A stretch of 64,000 nt of DNA from Lingula anatina (lineage: Eukaryota; Animalia; Brachiopoda): NCBI GenBank assembly GCA_051362555.1, contig CM120641.1:11594001-11658000 (forward strand), written 5' to 3'. The notes under the pieces are model-generated. The model made no database searches. It was not told where the DNA came from and worked only from the letters and a program-made list of their open reading frames with translations. Position numbers and translations under genes: made by a program. Below, in pieces: positions 1-64,000 of the stretch (position 1 is the stretch's first letter; every line of letters starts with the position of its first letter).

Positions 1-1
1 G

Positions 2-70
2 AACTTCATCAAGGGCAAGAAGTTTGTATTTGTTGCAGGACACCTAGGGCAGTGTGCGTGCAAAATGTGA
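2..70 (+). CDS. Possible 3' end of a neighbouring convergent gene (...NFIKGKKFVFVAGHLGQCACKM*)
   Basis: Open frame from the window edge with coding-like codons, ending in a CxC motif; too short to identify. Confidence 0.25.
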   Translation, partial: NFIKGKKFVFVAGHLGQCACKM

Positions 71-917
71 TTGGGGAACCACGGGTCTACTGTAGTCGGG
101 AGGGACGGCTGGACGTTAAATCACAAGATAAATCCGTGTATACATTTGTACTATCAAACATCGTTTTTTGTTATTTTGTTTTACATTTTTAAAAAGTAAA
201 ATGGGCGCACCAGTTCACATTAGAGACGTTTCACCAAACCGGTGCAAAATCAACGACAGCGCTTCATCCACGCGTACCTTAAAATAAAATAAAATGGACT
301 GAGGTGGGAGATTGATGGACTGATGTACTCCGTACAACTCAAACGAGATTGTTTACATGGAAAATGGTAGGGAAATATAAAAAATGGAAAAGGAAGTTGT
401 TGCGGCTTGATGAAACAGAAATAGCACTTTGTAGACGGTCTGCCCAGACCTTCTCGACACGTAGTGTTTCAGAAATCTGCCAAATTCATCACCTCACTAG
501 CCACGACGCCGTCCCTCCGCTTGGAGGGTTGGCTGGCCCTAGCTCGTGTTGTTCACACTAATTCCACGCTAATGGCAATGTTAACTTGTGGACATCAGCA
601 ATAATGAATATGTTTAGTAATATAATCGATCTCAGAGGAGATAAGCGTGAAAAAATACGTGTCGAACTTAGTGAGATGTTTACCTTGCACCTCCAATTTC
701 CACCCTCCTAACCCTCTGCTTGCTTTTTCAAGAGTCGTATATCAGCGTCGAGGATAGCAAACGCCGAGCCCACCGTTACGATTGAACCCAACGCGTCGTG
801 CTGGTGCCATCAATTATAAATTAAAATACAAAGATTAAGCAGAGGTATGACAAGAAAAAATGTAAAGGTTTTAGCAATAAACAAGCAAATTAATGGATAC
901 ACTCTTTCTCTGATCGT

Positions 918-950
<33 letters not shown>

Positions 951-3900
951 GAAAAAGACAATCCCGTTTGAACAGGCATGTACAAATTGCACTACGGGAT
1001 TGATTGGGCAGGAGGCGTTGTGTATTGGCGTTTAATTGATACTTCTTAATCGTAGGATAAATAGTGTTAAGTAATCATTACATTGATTCTAGGCAAGATT
1101 CTGTGCAAGACGTGAATCAATAAAAGTGTGCTTTTATATCATTTGCAATCAGCAAATAAGTCAAGTGGAAAAAGAAATTGTTCATAAGATTGTTTATTTG
1201 ATGTAGAAATTCACATTAATTTGAGAAAATGATGAAAATAGTACGACAGACGCAAGAAGGTGGGATGACGACATTCTAACAGATGCACTTTGTCAGTAAA
1301 AAAAATGGACATCCTTACGGATTTCAAGCTTAGTTGCTAGTGACACCCCCGGGGTTCTCTCTCCTGTTCAGCCCCTATCCCCTAATGATCTAGCGGGATC
1401 ATATTTTCAATATCATATCCTATATTGGGTGTCATTTGCAAGAGACTATTTCTAAACATAAAATCGCGATATGACATCATCAATAACACCTAGGACTAGA
1501 CCGGATTTTTAAGAGATCGGGGGAGTGAATGACATTATCAGTTATTTTGTAATTTTTTACTCTGGGTGGTCTTGTTAGAAGTCAGTCTACAGAGCTAGTC
1601 GCGTTCCATCCAGGTAAACGGTTAGTGTCTGCACGGCAAGAGAATGACGCCGTGTGGATGGCACTCGAGTGACTCAAAGGTATCGTTTTTGGAGATTTGT
1701 CTCAAATCTTCCCATTTCCTTCTTTTAAAACATTAACCTATAGAATAGGGACGCCAAATCTTTTTTTAAGTTATGAAATTACTAGTCTTCGCTTAGAAGA
1801 CATTTTCGTGACGCGTGGTGAAAATGCACTTGACCAAAGTCGTGACAAAAGAAAAAATAAATAAATACACCGAGCAGTGGTCGGCACGCACTACACGGAT
1901 GCTGGTGACACCAACAAATTAAGTTTTCTATCTTTTCGCTTTAAAATACTCCTAACAGCCATATGAGCGTCACCGCAAACACGAGGTTGCATATTTCCGA
2001 TAGTAGAATGAACCCTTTACAGGGTACAGGGGGTGGAGTAGGAGTGGACCTCGGGCATTCGATAGAGATGTGTCTCCGGCACATCGCCTACTGGTCAGTG
2101 TGAGCGCGCCAGTCTCGTGCAGAACGAGGTGAGGCGGCGCGCGTTCACACAAGAAAATGGCGTCTCAGTCGTCAGCTGATCTTCATATGAGTGGAGAGAT
2201 GTAGAGGTGATTTGCCGCTAGGCTGGCGACAGCCTTAGGAGCAAAATGAAATTCACAAGCAGAACTATTTTCACCCGGAAATGATATTTTACCGATTTTA
2301 CCGCAAAGGCGGGGATTATCCTGTGAAAGCTAAAGCAATTTTTAAAAATTATTTTTTTTAAAGATTTTTACAAGCTTTATGGGAGGATGGGGGGTGGGGG
2401 GTGGGCTGGGGGTGTATTCGCCTTGGTGTGGAGAATAAACAGCCTCTGAGAAAATCCTGCTGTATGTACGTTGCAACAGTAGTACGAACTCCTATACGGG
2501 GAATAATGCGACAGCACAGAGGCCAATATTGGCCTTTTCTTCTCTACCGCCCCCTTCTCCACGGGGTCACATCGACCGCATTGCTGTACGTTGAGGCAGC
2601 ATAACGGCCAGTCTAACCTGCCTAAAATACGCATAATTCTTGGATGAAGTGCTGTACAAGCACAGCGGTTCTAGGATTAGGACTGATCCCTTCACTTGTT
2701 CACAAGATTCAAGTATTGACACTCGCAAGATAGAAAGCAATAACCGGGATCTTATTTCAAATGTCTATAATACTTTAGTTCAATAAGCTTACGCGCTAGT
2801 CATACCCTTGTCGCCGCGCTTTGATCCGTGCTGGCGACACACGCCGCCACGAGACATTTCGAGTTTAACAGTAATTTATCGAAAGGCTGACCACGCCGCT
2901 TCCTAGCCATTTCCAAAATCGTTGTTTTACGTTACACAATTAAACACAACAAGGGCTTGGTCAAAATACTTCTGTTTATTAGACAAAGCAGAAAACACTC
3001 CGATTGCACTGTCGGTAGTAAATACACCATGGAAGTTACAAATGTTTTGCGGTCAGATAATGTAATTATCATTGAAAAGCACGAGTACGGGCACATCTTG
3101 TGAGACAGGTCTGTAACAGCTGGTAACAAATGACATCCCAAATATGAACGAGTATTTAGCAGTGCAACGTTGCTTTGAATCTCCGGGGTAGAAATACGGT
3201 GAACACTGACTGTGTCTCCAGCTCACATTATATAACAGCTCACTCTCTACAAACTGTAGACAACTGCACTACTGCATAAACAATGAGTAAATCAACCGGC
3301 AAAAGTCACAAGAAAAACAATATCAAAAACAAAAATCTGTACCAGATATTAACTGCTGCTCTAGTAATGAACTGGACAAAGGGCAGGATATATCACAGCA
3401 AATCACACACTGTTCCTGGGAACTGAACAGACACAAAGAATAGAGATACCTTGGATATACTGGCAAGTTATGTGTAAACTATACAACAAATAGAAAAAGA
3501 CTTTATTACACGCAGTCGTGCATTTAAAATAAGACACATAAGGCAGTGATCCTAAACTGAAGTTTGACAATGAGATTCTCTGTGTTGTATAACATTTACA
3601 AAACATGTTGAGGTGGGTAAACAATAGATAAAAAACAATAACATTTATACAATACTGTCACTAGACACTGAAGTGTCAACAAATTATACATACATGTAGC
3701 ACCGACGTGGGAATGTTATTTAACACAGTGGTCTTCCGTATAAAATGAAGTTATTGATAAACATTTACAACGTATCTGTTTTTTAAAACCCACCTACTGC
3801 CTGCCTATCAGTTCAGATTTAGGGTTGGGCAGAATGCAGGGCTTGCTGCCTAAAACGATGTTCCAGGGTTTTGGATCCAACAACCCACCCTCCATATTGC

Positions 3901-4750
3901 CTCCACCCCCCTCAGAGAGATACCTAATGTTTGGTAACAATCCCTTTTAGATACCATTTACATGTAAGTGAAATATAAATAAAATTATATTAAATGAATC
4001 AAGAAATCAACAAGCAAATAGTTACATGAATAAGCCCAACACAGACTTTTATACAAAGGGAAAAGTTAGATTTAAATAAGGATGTGGAATTGAACATGAG
4101 TAATAAAGAATCTAACAATGCTATCAAATTTTTAACATAAGAAAAAGACATAAAAAGCTAAAACAAAAAGCTGCACTTGTACAAACTGCGTATAATGTGC
4201 CCAACAAGAAAAAATTCTTAAAATTCACATTCTACATATATTTCATATTTCATCTGTGAAATCAGAAACTAAGGAACTGAAGAGCCAGCACATTATGATA
4301 TAACCACTATATTAGCAAGGTAACAGCCACGCCCCTCCCCTCTCCACTGGGCTGAGTCATAGCTGAGACCCAGGCAATGTACATCTATGTTGTGTGTCCA
4401 TCATGGCAGATGGACACATTTAGCCAGATGACCAGTGGGCATCCTATCTTTTATTATAAAGACAATCACTGTGCTGATTTAATACTTTACAAACACTCTG
4501 TGACATGTAGTGTACAATATTTAAGTAGTAGCACAGAGTATGAGTGAATAGTGCCCACATCTTCATGAATAACAGCACAGCATACAATATACACAGTCTA
4601 CTACTACATCACAATGTTTTATTTAATAGTCTCTTCTTTATCTGTCCATCTCTCCATACTCCATGCTTGTATCAGATCTTATGTGGCCCACCTCTGCCTC
4701 ATGTCTGTAGTGTGAAATCAGTTGGTGCCCAGCACCATTTGCCATCAAAA

Positions 4751-63324
<58,574 letters not shown>

Positions 63325-63332
<8 letters not shown>

Positions 63333-63378
63333 GTCTAAAAACAATGTGGACTTCCAATTGGTATAATTCCATCAGCAT
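63325..63378 (-). promoter_or_regulatory. Out-of-frame uORF overlapping the slo1 start codon (MLMELYQLEVHIVFRHV*)
   Basis: gccATG at 63378; its TAA at 63325-63327 lies just past the main ATG (63332). Confidence 0.5.
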
Positions 63379-64000
63379 GGCGTGGTCTTCGTCAATCCGA
63401 GAATTCTGATCTCCTTCTTGTTACAACTACGATCCTTCTGTTTACGTAGTTTCAAATGACCTGTGTGCCTTAGAGAATATGAATATTCATGACTGCTTTA
63501 ACATTAGCAACCATCACCGCTAACTAGCACAGTGTCATATTAGGATGACTTAGACCAGCTAAAATTAGACTCTGTGCCACGCACTGTCCCCATTCGATCT
63601 GCTCTGTAAGATCATTTAATAATATTTTGAGATGCAAAACAATATTATTAGAAATCAAATAATGAAGCACTATCGCCACCTATCAGTAACTACATTAAGC
63701 ATGTGCTCTTCAGATTGGTCCCTTAAATCAGGTTAAAAGTGGTGACAACTACGCACATTTTTTTGTAAGGTAAGTAATATAAAATTAAAGCAGAACTATA
63801 AAATAATTTGATATTTATTATGAAGGACTATAAATAAAATAGGATATTTTGAAAAACAATTGTGTTTCAAAGGTTGTGCCGGCACGAAACAAATGAGGAA
63901 TCAGTCACGTAAAACATTTCGGGAAAGGTGAAACTGAAGAAGGACAGGTAACAACACCAGCATAGAGCTTGGAACAAGATAATAATGAGTGGTCTTCGTG

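Noticed and set aside
63880-63955. Possible plus-strand first exon (CAG|gtaac) of a divergent gene
   Set aside because: Only a donor-like motif at the window edge; insufficient evidence.

Overview
AT-rich animal genomic DNA, most likely molluscan: the protein closely resembles Aplysia Slo1 as I recall it, and the repeats are mollusc-type. Almost the whole window (about 4751-63332, minus strand) is one complete Slo1/slowpoke/KCNMA1 BK-channel gene. I reconstructed it by hand from GT-AG exons whose phases chain into an open frame of about 1117 aa minimum (S0-S6, TVGYGD filter, RCK1, CKNCH, RCK2, Ca2+ bowl). The main finding is a tandem pair of 152-nt exons encoding S4, the S4-S5 linker and S5. 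One is canonical; the other is intact but puts Asp at the first S4 Arg, suggesting a mutually exclusive voltage-sensor swap. There are also traces of other exon duplications, in-frame cassette candidates in the S1-S2 loop and RCK1-RCK2 linker, duplicated and dual-frame terminal exons, unusual pore residues and an overlapping uORF. The introns hold a Penelope-like GIY-YIG fragment with a minimal hammerhead motif, two Helentron/HINE-like elements with internal arrays, several MITEs and microsatellites. All splicing calls are predictions from sequence with no transcript evidence, and homolog residue numbers are from memory of human/mouse Slo1.
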